Of a stretch of DNA of 64,000 nucleotides, positions 48,400-58,464 are shown piece by piece. Origin of the DNA: an uncultured Bacilli bacterium (GTDB lineage Bacteria; Bacillota_I; Bacilli_A; RF39; UBA660); the NCBI GenBank assembly GCA_934090795.1, contig CAKOJQ010000005.1, forward strand, positions 54,391-118,390. Direction: 5' to 3'. The notes beneath the pieces were generated by a model, which saw only the letters and a list, made by a program, of their open reading frames with translations, did no database searches and had not been told where the DNA came from. The stretch's first letter is position 1, and each line of letters opens with the position of its first letter. Both the position numbers and the translations under genes were made by a program.

Positions 48400-48652
48400 A
48401 ACTTTCCTCCTTAACATTTACGTGTACTCTACCACAATTAAAATAAAATTACAATATTATTTAATTGTCTTGTTAAATTTTTTTAATGATACTTAACTAT
48501 TATATAATGTACGTATTGATAAAATGTGTTTTATATTAAAAAGGTTTACAAAACCAAAAAGAACTTGAAAAAATATTTAGAGAAAAAGAGGAAAAATTAA
48601 AATCAAGAGCGAAACGTAGTTAAACTCATTTTGTTTCATACATTAATAAATA

Positions 48653-50143
48653 TTAAACAAGCTCCTTTAATGCCTTTTTAAGTTTATCTAACATCTCAAC
48701 AATCTCTTCTTCACTTTTAGCAAAAGTAAATCTTCCGACCAATTCATTCTCATTCGGCCAAGCAATACTTTTTCCAATTAAATATCTTAAATTAATTTTT
48801 TTATATAAATAAATCAATAAATCTTCATCAGAATTTATTATTCCATCTTTATAACGTTTGCCCTTTAATGCAGTAAAATCAAGTAAAATAAAGAATCCCG
48901 CCTTAACATCACATTTAATTTTAACGCCATCTATCCCCCTATTTACATCATAATTAGAAGCATATCTTTTAATAGATTCAACCACCCTATTACGATATTT
49001 TTTATCACAACAATCAATTCCCATAATCATAGTCTTAAATAAATTATAACGATACTTATATTCTTCTCTTAACTTACTAAAATATTTATCATATTCCATC
49101 TCACTACTACCAAACGCCCCAGCAAGTGCCTCACCAATAATTGCTGGAACTGCATCTATTTCTCTAAATATTTTATTAACAATCTCTCTAATAATTATTT
49201 CATCTGCAACAACAAATCCAGCTCTTAAACTAGCCATCCCATAAGATTTAGAAAGACCAAATAAAGATATCGTATTTTTAAATATTCCATCTAGGCTTGC
49301 AATAGGTTTAGCAATATCATTATCAAAACATATATCACGATAAATTAAATCATCAATAATAAACATATTATTATCTTTAATAACCTTGCCAAGTTCTTCT
49401 AATCTATCTTTATCTGATTCACCCATATAATTACCTAAAGGATTATTCGGATTACTATTTAAATAAGCAACAACCCTAGGAACATAATTTAAATCTTTAT
49501 ATTTAACCCTAAGTTCATCATTAATCTCTTTAATTTTTCGTTCTAACATCTTTGGATTAATCAAATAATTATCCTCTTCTAATAAAGGAATAGCCTCAAT
49601 ATTAACATTTAATCTTTCCGGTTTAAAAGTAAATAATCCGTAATTAGGAGCAGTAGTTAAAATAACATCATAAGGTCTTGCTATTATATCAATAACATAA
49701 TTAAAAGCCTGACTAGTAGAAACGCACATCGTTAAATTATTTACCGATAAGCCCTTATTATCAATATCTTCATAATTATATGCATCATCATTCCTAATTC
49801 CTATTTTTTCTACATAATCAAGAAGAACTTTCCTAACCCTATCATCACCCTCAGAATAAGGATATTTATATAACTCATTACCATGAATATACCTATCTAG
49901 TCTTTTAATAACATCTGGATAAGCATCATAACATAATGGATTACCACTAGTAAAATTTAAATCTTTTTTACTATCATATAAATTATTTAAAATATAATCA
50001 TAAATATTAAACCCATCTTTAACTCCTTTAACATATTTAGAAAAAGGTTTATTATCTAATCTCTTACCAACATGAGGAAATCCAAACTTTCTTTCCTTCA
50101 AATAAGGATATCTTTTTAAAATATCGCCAAATAACTTATCCAT
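48653..50143 (-). CDS. PLP-dependent aminotransferase, class I/II
   Basis: NSNPNNPLGN and SLFGLSKSYGMASLRAGF (PLP lysine) motifs. 496 aa. Last gene of the NAD operon. Confidence 0.72.
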   Translation of the reverse strand: MDKLFGDILKRYPYLKERKFGFPHVGKRLDNKPFSKYVKGVKDGFNIYDYILNNLYDSKKDLNFTSGNPLCYDAYPDVIKRLDRYIHGNELYKYPYSEGDDRVRKVLLDYVEKIGIRNDDAYNYEDIDNKGLSVNNLTMCVSTSQAFNYVIDIIARPYDVILTTAPNYGLFTFKPERLNVNIEAIPLLEEDNYLINPKMLERKIKEINDELRVKYKDLNYVPRVVAYLNSNPNNPLGNYMGESDKDRLEELGKVIKDNNMFIIDDLIYRDICFDNDIAKPIASLDGIFKNTISLFGLSKSYGMASLRAGFVVADEIIIREIVNKIFREIDAVPAIIGEALAGAFGSSEMEYDKYFSKLREEYKYRYNLFKTMIMGIDCCDKKYRNRVVESIKRYASNYDVNRGIDGVKIKCDVKAGFFILLDFTALKGKRYKDGIINSDEDLLIYLYKKINLRYLIGKSIAWPNENELVGRFTFAKSEEEIVEMLDKLKKALKELV

Positions 50144-50155
50144 AATTATTATCTC

Positions 50156-50941
50156 CTAGCTTAAAAACTTATCATTTATTTTCTTAATAAAATTATATCC
50201 ATTCTTTCTAAAACACTTTATCGTCTTATTTTCCATCAAAACTTCAACCTTACTTATATTATTAAACACTTTATTTTCTCCATCAAACGTAATTAATAAA
50301 TCATTCGTATCATTTAGAATCAAAGTTATTAATTTATTATCAGGAAGAACTAAAGGGCCTAACAAATTACGATAAGTTTTACTATTTAAAGGTGCAATAG
50401 GTGTTATTTGTAAACTATGAAATGTATTATAAACAATAGCGCCACCTAAACTTAAATTATAAGCTGTCGAACCAAAACTAGTCGATATAACAACTCCATC
50501 TCCTACAAAATTTTCTAATTTCTCATTATCAATTTCAATATTTAATTTTAAAGTTTTAAAATCACTAGATCTAAACACAAATTCATTTAAAGCATTTAAT
50601 TCATATATTTTATCTTTAACATATATTTTTGCTTTAACAACTTTAATTTCTTCTTTAAAATAATTATTATTTTTTAAATCATCAACCAGTTCATCTATAT
50701 TTTCAACACTTATATCTTGAGCAAACCCAAGTGTTCCCGTATTAACTCCTAAAAATAAAGTATCACTATTAAAATTAGTTTCTCTAACCATTCTAAGAAA
50801 AGCCCCATCACCACCTATAGCAATAGCATAATCATAATTATCATTATCCAAAATAAATCCATTGTTTTCTAATTTCTTAGCTAACTTCTCATAAACCTCA
50901 ATAGACTTTTCATTATTATTATAAAATATTTTAACTTTCAT
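50156..50941 (-). CDS. nadK: NAD kinase
   Basis: AIGGDGAFLR and STAYNLSLGG motifs. 261 aa. Confidence 0.88.
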   Translation of the reverse strand: MKVKIFYNNNEKSIEVYEKLAKKLENNGFILDNDNYDYAIAIGGDGAFLRMVRETNFNSDTLFLGVNTGTLGFAQDISVENIDELVDDLKNNNYFKEEIKVVKAKIYVKDKIYELNALNEFVFRSSDFKTLKLNIEIDNEKLENFVGDGVVISTSFGSTAYNLSLGGAIVYNTFHSLQITPIAPLNSKTYRNLLGPLVLPDNKLITLILNDTNDLLITFDGENKVFNNISKVEVLMENKTIKCFRKNGYNFIKKINDKFLS

Positions 50942-50942
50942 T

Positions 50943-51410
50943 TTACTTATAAATCTCTAATAAGCTTTTACTTATATTCTCCATAATATATTTTTTATTG
51001 TTTAATCTAGTATCATTTATCGCAATTAATTCATATTCATAATATTTATCACTATTCTTATCATAAATAGCATAATAAATTTTATTATCATCACCAAATA
51101 AATTATTTTCATCAACTCTATTAATTTTACCAGTAATTCCTACACCAATATCACTACTTGCAAAATCACTAATTTTTTTAGCCATTTCTCTAGCTACATT
51201 CATACTATAAACTGAATATTTATCAATTACTTTCTTACTAACTCCCATTTTAATCTTATACTCATTTGAATAAGTAACTGCACTAAACTTTAAAACACTA
51301 CTTGATCCATCAATATCTGTTATTGAACTTGCTACAAAACCTCCAGTACATGACTCCATAGTTGCAATTGTCATTTTCTTTTCTATTAATAAATTAACTA
51401 CATCCCTCAT
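50943..51410 (-). CDS. pncC: CinA C-terminal domain / nicotinamide-nucleotide amidohydrolase
   Basis: KKMTIATMESCTGG motif. 155 aa. NAD operon context. Confidence 0.72.
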   Translation of the reverse strand: MRDVVNLLIEKKMTIATMESCTGGFVASSITDIDGSSSVLKFSAVTYSNEYKIKMGVSKKVIDKYSVYSMNVAREMAKKISDFASSDIGVGITGKINRVDENNLFGDDNKIYYAIYDKNSDKYYEYELIAINDTRLNNKKYIMENISKSLLEIYK

Positions 51411-51957
51411 AAAGTTTTTCCTTTCTTATATACTCTAAAACATTTTTATCAAGATACTTTTTTATTATATCATCATTATCAATATTATTCCTAATAAAAG
51501 TAGAACTTATATCATTATTTAATATATCCGTAACAACAACATTATCTTTTACTTCTATCTTATCATTGCCCCTATTAATAACTAATAACTTATAATTACT
51601 TAAAATATATTCACTATTTTTCCAATTACTAATTTGCTTTAAATTATCAGCTCCTAATATAAAATAAATCTCACTACCTAAATACTTCTTCTTAAAATAA
51701 TCTAAAGTTTCATAAGTATAAACAACTCTATCTTGATTTTCATAATCACTTACAATCATATCATCATAACTAATAGTCATTATTTTAAGCATCTCTATTC
51801 TATATTTTATATCAATAAGATCATCTTTACTATATTTATTACCAGTAGGAACAAATATTACTTTATCTAAATACTTAAGTCTTAATAAATCTTTAGCAAT
51901 ATTTAAATGCATTAAGTGAGGAGGATTAAATGATCCTCCAAAAACTCCTATTTTCAT
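51394..51957 (-). CDS. nadD: nicotinate-nucleotide adenylyltransferase
   Basis: IGVFGGSFNPPHLMH and ISSTFIR motifs. Confidence 0.88.
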   Translation of the reverse strand: MKIGVFGGSFNPPHLMHLNIAKDLLRLKYLDKVIFVPTGNKYSKDDLIDIKYRIEMLKIMTISYDDMIVSDYENQDRVVYTYETLDYFKKKYLGSEIYFILGADNLKQISNWKNSEYILSNYKLLVINRGNDKIEVKDNVVVTDILNNDISSTFIRNNIDNDDIIKKYLDKNVLEYIRKEKLYEGCS

Positions 51958-51959
51958 AA

Positions 51960-52709
51960 CTATCTTTTTAAATAAGGAACATTATATTTATGTAACGAAT
52001 TATTATGTAATTTTTCTATTTTACTTTTAATAATATCATCATCTAGCATACCACTTAAATACTTTTCTATATCACTATATTTAACACCCAACTTATCTTC
52101 ATCACTTAATCCAGATAATCCATCACTTGGCTCTTTATATAAAACCTTATCAGGCACTTTTAGATACTCACCAATTGCAATAACCTCACTAACTGTATAA
52201 TCTGTTAAGACTCCAATATCATGAACTGAATCTCCTCCTTTAGTAAAATATCCAACATAACATTCACATTTATTGCTTGTACCAGCAACTATATAAGTTT
52301 TACCTTTAATAGCCGAATATAACGCTGCTAAATAATAACAACTTGCCATTCTAAGTCTTGGTTTTAAATTAATTTCACTATTTTTTAAATCTTCACCAGT
52401 AAAATTACCTAACTTCTTAATTTCCTTAGTAAATACATCATAAGTATCAGTTAAATCTAAATTAATTAATTCAAAACCAAATGTATCAGCAACTAATTTA
52501 GCATCATTTTTATCTTCCTCATTAGAGTGACATGGTAAAGTAACACCTAATACATTTTCTCTTCCAATAGCATCACACATAATAGCTGCTACAACTGCTG
52601 AATCTTTACCACCACTTATACCTAAAACACAGCCTCCTAAATTATTCTTTTTATAATATTCTCTAATAAAATTAATTAACTTTTTAGTTTCTACTTCTTT
52701 ATTAAACAT
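51960..52709 (-). CDS. nadE: NH3-dependent NAD+ synthetase
   Basis: VLGISGGKDSAV PP-loop. 249 aa. Confidence 0.88.
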   Translation of the reverse strand: MFNKEVETKKLINFIREYYKKNNLGGCVLGISGGKDSAVVAAIMCDAIGRENVLGVTLPCHSNEEDKNDAKLVADTFGFELINLDLTDTYDVFTKEIKKLGNFTGEDLKNSEINLKPRLRMASCYYLAALYSAIKGKTYIVAGTSNKCECYVGYFTKGGDSVHDIGVLTDYTVSEVIAIGEYLKVPDKVLYKEPSDGLSGLSDEDKLGVKYSDIEKYLSGMLDDDIIKSKIEKLHNNSLHKYNVPYLKR

Positions 52710-53293
52710 AACCCATTCCTTCTTTCCTTTTCTAAACTAATTGCTAAAAGTGAATTAGCATCTTTTATATAATTTAAATCTATTAATTTATCCAAATCTT
52801 CAAAACTACACTTAATAACCTTAACGAATTCACCATCATCTAAACTTTGATTACTAACTAATTTACAACCTTTAAAAACAAATATATGATTTAAAGCACC
52901 ACTTATTCCTTGATCTTGATAAAAAGCTTTAATATAATGAGTTTCCCCAGGAACATAACCAGTTTCTTCTAAAAACTCCCTTTTAGCAGCATCTAATATT
53001 GATTCATTATCGTTAACATATCCAGCAGGTAAATTAGCAAGAACGCCTTCCTTAGTAAACACTCTAGGTTCTAAGGATAAAAGCACATCCCCAAACTCAG
53101 TATAGCCTAAAATTATAACAGCATCCCTTCTTTTACCTAATTTAAGTAATTCTTCTCTAATAATTTGTTCTCCGTTATTTAAAGTAACCAAATAACTAAT
53201 AGAACTTAAAAATTTCTTATCACTATTTATTATTTCCATCTTTAAAGTTTTTAACTCTTCAATTTGTTTATCTATTAATTCTAAATTAATCAT
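52691..53293 (-). CDS. Nudix hydrolase, ADP-ribose pyrophosphatase-like
   Basis: Nudix box ..AAKREFLEETGY... 200 aa. Embedded in the NAD operon. Confidence 0.62.
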   Translation of the reverse strand: MINLELIDKQIEELKTLKMEIINSDKKFLSSISYLVTLNNGEQIIREELLKLGKRRDAVIILGYTEFGDVLLSLEPRVFTKEGVLANLPAGYVNDNESILDAAKREFLEETGYVPGETHYIKAFYQDQGISGALNHIFVFKGCKLVSNQSLDDGEFVKVIKCSFEDLDKLIDLNYIKDANSLLAISLEKERRNGLCLIKK

Positions 53294-54747
53294 AATCTCT
53301 TAACCTTACTAATCATTTCTTTTTTAAACTCAGCATAATGATTTGTTCCCGATACATTATAAACATGAGGATTAACTTCTCTTTTAACTTCCGGATAAAT
53401 AGTACTCATTTGCATATCAACATACTCTTTTAATTCATTAATACTTAAATCTTCAAACACTTGCTTACCATTAACAAATATTTCTTTTTGTAAACGCTCA
53501 GTTCTGAAATTATTTAAAACCCTTTGATTAATAAATCCTTTTAAATCAATAATTAATAGATTATCCATAGAAAGTTTTTCTCCTCTTCTAACCATTACAT
53601 CAGCTAAGGCATAACCAGTCTCATTATCATATAATCTATATAAATCTTTAAAATCAGGATTAATAGTTTTAATAGGATCCTCACTAACTTTAATTTTAGG
53701 TATTCTCTTATCACCATCTAAAATAGCAACTTCTTTGTATACACAGCCCATTCTTCCTTCTGGTTTAGAAATATTATCTCCAACTCCTAAAGAATCAAAC
53801 TTAGCGCCTTGTTCAGTTAAAGATCTAATCGTATTTGCATTAAGTCCATTGCTTAAACAAATTGTTGCATCATAAAGCCCTGCATCATCTAACATTTTTC
53901 TAGCCATTTTAGATAAATAAGCTAAATCTCCTGAATCAATTCTAATTCCTTTTAAACGATATCCATTAGGAATTAAATATTCTTTAGCAACTCTTATCGC
54001 ATTAGGAATACCGCTTCTTAAAGTATCATAAGTATCAACAAGCAATAATGTTTCATTTGGATAACTCTTAGCATATGCTAAAAATGCTTCATATTCACTA
54101 TCAAAAGATTCAATATAACTATGTGCTTGAGTACCAAGTGCTTTTTGTCCGATCATATTTGCTGCAATAACATTACTTGTTCCCGAACAACCAGCCATAA
54201 CACCATACAAAGAAGCATCAATTGCAGCATCTAGTCCATCTGCTCTTCTAGCGCCAAACTCCATAACCTTAACATTTTTAGGAGTTGCTTCAATAATTCT
54301 TCTAGCCCCAGTTGCATGCTCCATTGCTCCATTAAGAAGTGATAACACAGCAGTTTCAATAATTTGTGCTTCAATTAAAGGAGCCTCAACTGTTAAAATA
54401 GGTTCATTTGGAAACACTGGAGTTCCATCAGGTATCGCATAAATATTTCCCGTAAACTTAAAATCTTTTAAATAATTAATAAATTCTTCACCATAACCTA
54501 AACTTTTAAAATAAGCTAAATCATTATCACTAAACTTTAAATTATTAATATATTCAATAACTTTATCAACACCAGCCATTAAAGCATAACCACCATTACT
54601 TGGTACTTTTCTAAAAAAAACATCAAAAACCCCAACAGTATCTTTCATACCACTTTCAAAATATGAATTAGCCATATTAAGTTCATATTGATCGGTTAAC
54701 ATACTATAATTTTTATTTAGTCTTACATATCCATCTTCTAATTTCAT
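53290..54747 (-). CDS. pncB: nicotinate phosphoribosyltransferase
   Basis: 485 aa. LGTQAHSYIESF and GIRIDSGDLAYLS motifs. Confidence 0.9.
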   Translation of the reverse strand: MKLEDGYVRLNKNYSMLTDQYELNMANSYFESGMKDTVGVFDVFFRKVPSNGGYALMAGVDKVIEYINNLKFSDNDLAYFKSLGYGEEFINYLKDFKFTGNIYAIPDGTPVFPNEPILTVEAPLIEAQIIETAVLSLLNGAMEHATGARRIIEATPKNVKVMEFGARRADGLDAAIDASLYGVMAGCSGTSNVIAANMIGQKALGTQAHSYIESFDSEYEAFLAYAKSYPNETLLLVDTYDTLRSGIPNAIRVAKEYLIPNGYRLKGIRIDSGDLAYLSKMARKMLDDAGLYDATICLSNGLNANTIRSLTEQGAKFDSLGVGDNISKPEGRMGCVYKEVAILDGDKRIPKIKVSEDPIKTINPDFKDLYRLYDNETGYALADVMVRRGEKLSMDNLLIIDLKGFINQRVLNNFRTERLQKEIFVNGKQVFEDLSINELKEYVDMQMSTIYPEVKREVNPHVYNVSGTNHYAEFKKEMISKVKRL

Positions 54748-54749
54748 AA

Positions 54750-55379
54750 TTATCTCATTCCTTTTCTTAATTCTTTTATTTTTAAATCTTCATAATTATT
54801 AACATAAATTGCACCTGCTTGTTCCATAACTTTTCTAGCTATATCTTTCCACATTTGTCTATTATGATATGGACTATCAAAAGTATCTACACAACTACCA
54901 ACAACATATATATCTACATCTTTATTAATTTCATCCATAAATCTAGCATAAGTTCTAACAAAATCCATAACACATAAATCTTCACAAACTCCCATAATAA
55001 CAGTTTCTTTTAAATTCTTCATATTTTTAATATCTTGTCTTAACTTATCATTAAGCATCCCATTTATTGAATTCTTATGGTAAACTCTTGTATTAACATA
55101 ATTCATATACTTTAAAAATTCAGGTATAAAATTAGTTTCTAAAGTATCCTTAATACAATGAGGAGGATAACTCATAAACTCCGTACAATCTTTATCATGC
55201 CATTCTCCGATTAAATTAATACTTTCCCCACTTTTAACAAAATCATCAATTACTCTTACTTGTTCAGGTACTAATTCATTATATGAAGGATTAGCCATCG
55301 CACCTGTATTAACAAACCCTTCTACCATATCAATAAGATACACACTTTTTTCAAATTCATTTAATTCTTTTTCTTTCAT
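54750..55379 (-). CDS. pncA: nicotinamidase (isochorismatase-fold cysteine hydrolase)
   Basis: VIMGVCEDLCVMDF catalytic Cys segment. ATG 55379 (AAGGA, 8 nt upstream) is preferred over 55388. Confidence 0.78.
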   Translation of the reverse strand: MKEKELNEFEKSVYLIDMVEGFVNTGAMANPSYNELVPEQVRVIDDFVKSGESINLIGEWHDKDCTEFMSYPPHCIKDTLETNFIPEFLKYMNYVNTRVYHKNSINGMLNDKLRQDIKNMKNLKETVIMGVCEDLCVMDFVRTYARFMDEINKDVDIYVVGSCVDTFDSPYHNRQMWKDIARKVMEQAGAIYVNNYEDLKIKELRKGMR

Positions 55380-55399
55380 ATTTACCATCCTTTCTTTTT

Positions 55400-55424
55400 T
55401 GTTATTAATACTTTATTAATAACA
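55400..55424. promoter_or_regulatory. 25-bp palindromic operator, site 1 (candidate NrtR box)
   Basis: TGTTATTAA-TACTTTA-TTAATAACA. Perfect: the arms are 11 bp if the spacer is read as 3 nt. Lies in the predicted 5' UTR of pncA. Confidence 0.55.
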
Positions 55425-55457
55425 AACTTTAAAATTTATCAAGAGTATTCTTCCTCT

Positions 55458-55482
55458 TGTTATTAACATTATATTAATAACG
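55458..55482. promoter_or_regulatory. 25-bp palindromic operator, site 2 (candidate NrtR box)
   Basis: TGTTATTAA-CATTATA-TTAATAACG, 8 of 9 arm positions symmetric. The spacer contains the -10 hexamer. Confidence 0.55.
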
Positions 55483-55496
55483 TCAGCAAAAGTCAA
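55468..55496 (-). promoter_or_regulatory. promoter of the NAD salvage operon
   Basis: The minus strand reads TTGACT (55496-55491), 17 nt, then TATAAT (55473-55468). Confidence 0.65.
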
Positions 55497-55568
55497 CACT
55501 CTTTTTACCATTTTAATAAAAACAAATAAAAAAAGCTAACACTCGTTAACTTTAATTTTAATTATATT

Positions 55569-57029
55569 TTACATAATCCTAAACGCTGGAGCAACTCCTG
55601 TTGCACCATTTGCAGTATGATTATCCCACTTACCAGTATTCGCTACAATAATAAAATTCATATTAACCGAAGCAGTTGGAGTACGTAGCCACCATCCAGT
55701 ATTTGTTCCTTTTCTTTGTTTAATTATACTTGAATAATTAGTTGTTGACACTCCAAGATTTGCATAATAATCTAATTGTCTTGTCTGGTTATACGCAGTA
55801 TCATATTTTTCGGGATCACTATACACTTCATGTCCACCTAGCAAAAATAACTTATCAGTAGAAGTAAAATTAGCTTTATCACTTGAGCCATGACCTGATA
55901 TAACTTTAGTATCAGCAATAACTCCTTGTAAATCACTTGGAAGTTTAGCAAAAAAATCACCATTAATATATGTTCTTAAAGGTGCAGCAGGCCATCCACC
56001 AACATTTGTTTTCCCACCATTAATTACCCTACTATCAACTATATCAACAAATTCAACCACAAATCCACATGCTGTATCCGAAAAATCCTCGCCACCACAT
56101 TCAGCTGGTGTTGTATTATTGGCAACTCTTACAGTATAATTTGTTCCACCTATTTCTACTTCTTTTTCAGCACCAACAGGATAAGCATCTAAATTGCCAT
56201 CTTGAATAATTCCTTGAATATTTTCCCATGAATCTTGTGCAAAAGTTGTATAAGTCGTATATTTATGTGTAAAATCAAGTTTTATCTTTTCAGCAAAACC
56301 AGTAAATAAAGTTGTCCATTTTTTAGTTACCCTGTCACATGAAAGAGACAAATTATCTAAAGTAACCTCTTGATTATCTATATAAGCCTTAGCAATTACA
56401 GAATAATTACATGTAGTTGGAAAAGCATTTGTTTCAACACCATCAATATATGCAACTATTTGAGTATCTAGACTATATGTCATTAAATCAATCTGATTAG
56501 CAAGATCTAAATCATTCCAACTATACCCAGCGTTTAAATTAAGTTTTACATAAACATCACTAGTACCATTATTAACAGTTAATAAACTTATTTTTTTACT
56601 TTCATTATTTTTCTCAATTGTACCATTTATTCCATCTGAACCGCTTTCAACATATTGAACCTTTATATTATTTGGAATCGCACTTAACGTACTTGTACAA
56701 TTAGGATCACTACATACATCATAAATAAGTTCATATTTAACACTTACTTTATTTAAATTAGTTAATACAACATTAAATACTTCAGTTTTGCCTGCTTTTA
56801 AATGTAGTATTCTATCATTTGTAGTACCACCATTAGTTGTCATATTAAAAGATAAATCATTTATTTTAATATTTGCTAAACTAGCTATTTTAACACTACT
56901 AAAAATAGACAATGAATATCCTAAAGTAAATATAAATAACATAAGTATTCCAATAATTAAAAGAGCTCTAGTTTGTTTATTCTTTTTTACAGTACTTATA
57001 AATCCATTTATTTTACGTTTCATAATCAC
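55569..57029 (-). CDS. membrane-anchored surface protein with a C-terminal DUF6273-like domain
   Basis: N-terminal anchor ALLIIGILMLFIFTLGYSL. The C-terminus carries WPAAPLRTYINGDFF, DKLFLLGGHEV, GWWLRTP and GVAPAFRI, the hallmark segments of that family. Confidence 0.5.
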   Translation of the reverse strand: MIMKRKINGFISTVKKNKQTRALLIIGILMLFIFTLGYSLSIFSSVKIASLANIKINDLSFNMTTNGGTTNDRILHLKAGKTEVFNVVLTNLNKVSVKYELIYDVCSDPNCTSTLSAIPNNIKVQYVESGSDGINGTIEKNNESKKISLLTVNNGTSDVYVKLNLNAGYSWNDLDLANQIDLMTYSLDTQIVAYIDGVETNAFPTTCNYSVIAKAYIDNQEVTLDNLSLSCDRVTKKWTTLFTGFAEKIKLDFTHKYTTYTTFAQDSWENIQGIIQDGNLDAYPVGAEKEVEIGGTNYTVRVANNTTPAECGGEDFSDTACGFVVEFVDIVDSRVINGGKTNVGGWPAAPLRTYINGDFFAKLPSDLQGVIADTKVISGHGSSDKANFTSTDKLFLLGGHEVYSDPEKYDTAYNQTRQLDYYANLGVSTTNYSSIIKQRKGTNTGWWLRTPTASVNMNFIIVANTGKWDNHTANGATGVAPAFRIM

Positions 57030-57099
57030 ATAGACTCCTATCTTAATAAATTATACCTCAAATCTATTTATCACGTCAATTTACATTTACTTTGCACTG

Positions 57100-58092
57100 T
57101 TAAAAATCAATATCCATATATTCTTTATATTTAGGTATTAAACCAATATGTTCCTTAGATAAACTTGGTTTAGGTTGAAATACCCCAGGAAAAGAATTTC
57201 CTTCAATTATAACTGGCCCATCATTACTAATTGCAACATCCCATCCAATATATCTTATACTAGGAACCAATTTAGCTGCTTCTATAACCATATCACAAGC
57301 ATCCTTATATAATGGCACTTTAAATCCAATAATCTTCTTATATGTAATTGGATGTTCTTCATAAATATTATCAGCTTGATCAATAGCTGGAACAATTACA
57401 ATTCCTCTTTCATTTACAAAAGTATACATAGATCCACTCGAAAAATTATCAGTGCATCCTCCATTACCTATTTTAAAAACACTATTTAAAACATAAGCAT
57501 CATTTCCATCATAAAAAGTAAATAATCTTAAAGTATTAACAGATCCATCATATAATTTATTTATTTCATCATGTTGCTTAATTACTTCTTCAACTAAATT
57601 TTGTTTTAATCCCATAATAGCTTTATATAATTCTTCTAAATTATTATCTACTTCGTATTTCATAACTCCTTTACCACCTTCGCCATCAATTGGTTTAGCA
57701 ATAAATTCTTTATGTTTATTAGTGAACTCTTTAAAATCATCAAAATTATCAACTTTTAAATAATCTCTTTTAATATAATCTTTAAATTTTTCATTAAATA
57801 ATACCTTATCATCTAACAAATAAAAATCATCTTTATTATTATATTTTCTAATAATCATATTATTTTTAGTTCTAGTTAAGTAAGTTTTTCTTTCATTTTT
57901 ATTAAGCAAATAAAATTCAAACTCTTGATAATCATAATAACCAGCACCATATTTAAAACCACAATAAATCATATCTATTAATATAAATAAAGCTAATTTA
58001 TGTTCTTTCTTAGCTATTTTCTTTGCTATTTTAATCATATTCTTATAATCCAAAGTTCTAATACATTTAAGTATATATTTTAATTTATTCAT
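57100..58092 (-). CDS. ATP-grasp domain protein (sugar-transfer-associated type)
   Basis: 330 aa. FIAKPIDGEGGKGV and ..IIEGNSFPG.. segments. Assignment from memory of the family. Confidence 0.42.
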   Translation of the reverse strand: MNKLKYILKCIRTLDYKNMIKIAKKIAKKEHKLALFILIDMIYCGFKYGAGYYDYQEFEFYLLNKNERKTYLTRTKNNMIIRKYNNKDDFYLLDDKVLFNEKFKDYIKRDYLKVDNFDDFKEFTNKHKEFIAKPIDGEGGKGVMKYEVDNNLEELYKAIMGLKQNLVEEVIKQHDEINKLYDGSVNTLRLFTFYDGNDAYVLNSVFKIGNGGCTDNFSSGSMYTFVNERGIVIVPAIDQADNIYEEHPITYKKIIGFKVPLYKDACDMVIEAAKLVPSIRYIGWDVAISNDGPVIIEGNSFPGVFQPKPSLSKEHIGLIPKYKEYMDIDF

Positions 58093-58125
58093 CTATTCAT
58101 CACTACTTAATCTTACCATATAACC

Positions 58126-58464
58126 TTAACTAAATAAAGTTTTAATTATTTTAAGAAAGAAATCAATACTTTTATTAACTCCTTTATCAATCGCATTAGA
58201 TATACCAAGTCCTAAAGAAGAATATTTATTATTATATTCTTTAACACTTGTATCAATATAATTATTTATATCAACCTCTTTTCCCTCAGCAACATCTCTT
58301 TCAAATCTTTCAATTGCTTCTTTAGTTAAATTAGTTTTACTTTGCATTCTTGATTCATAATAACCAGTTTGATTAGCAAAATACAATGTTATAAATAATA
58401 TAACTAACAAATAAAATATTCTTTTAGCGTTCTTATTAATCTTACTCTTAGGTTTATCTTCCAT
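58126..58464 (-). CDS. hypothetical membrane-anchored protein
   Basis: 112 aa. N-terminal helix IFYLLVILFITLYF. Directly follows the spoIIP-like gene. Confidence 0.45.
   Translation of the reverse strand: MEDKPKSKINKNAKRIFYLLVILFITLYFANQTGYYESRMQSKTNLTKEAIERFERDVAEGKEVDINNYIDTSVKEYNNKYSSLGLGISNAIDKGVNKSIDFFLKIIKTLFS

Noticed and set aside
48535-48555. Hairpin GGTTT-aca-AAACC flanked by A/T runs as a possible terminator of the NAD operon
   Set aside because: The 5-bp stem with a 3-nt loop lies about 100 nt past the stop. It is too weak to annotate, so the operon's terminator is unresolved.
56788-57033. 81-aa plus-strand ORF
   Set aside because: Antisense to the 5' end of the DUF6273-like gene.
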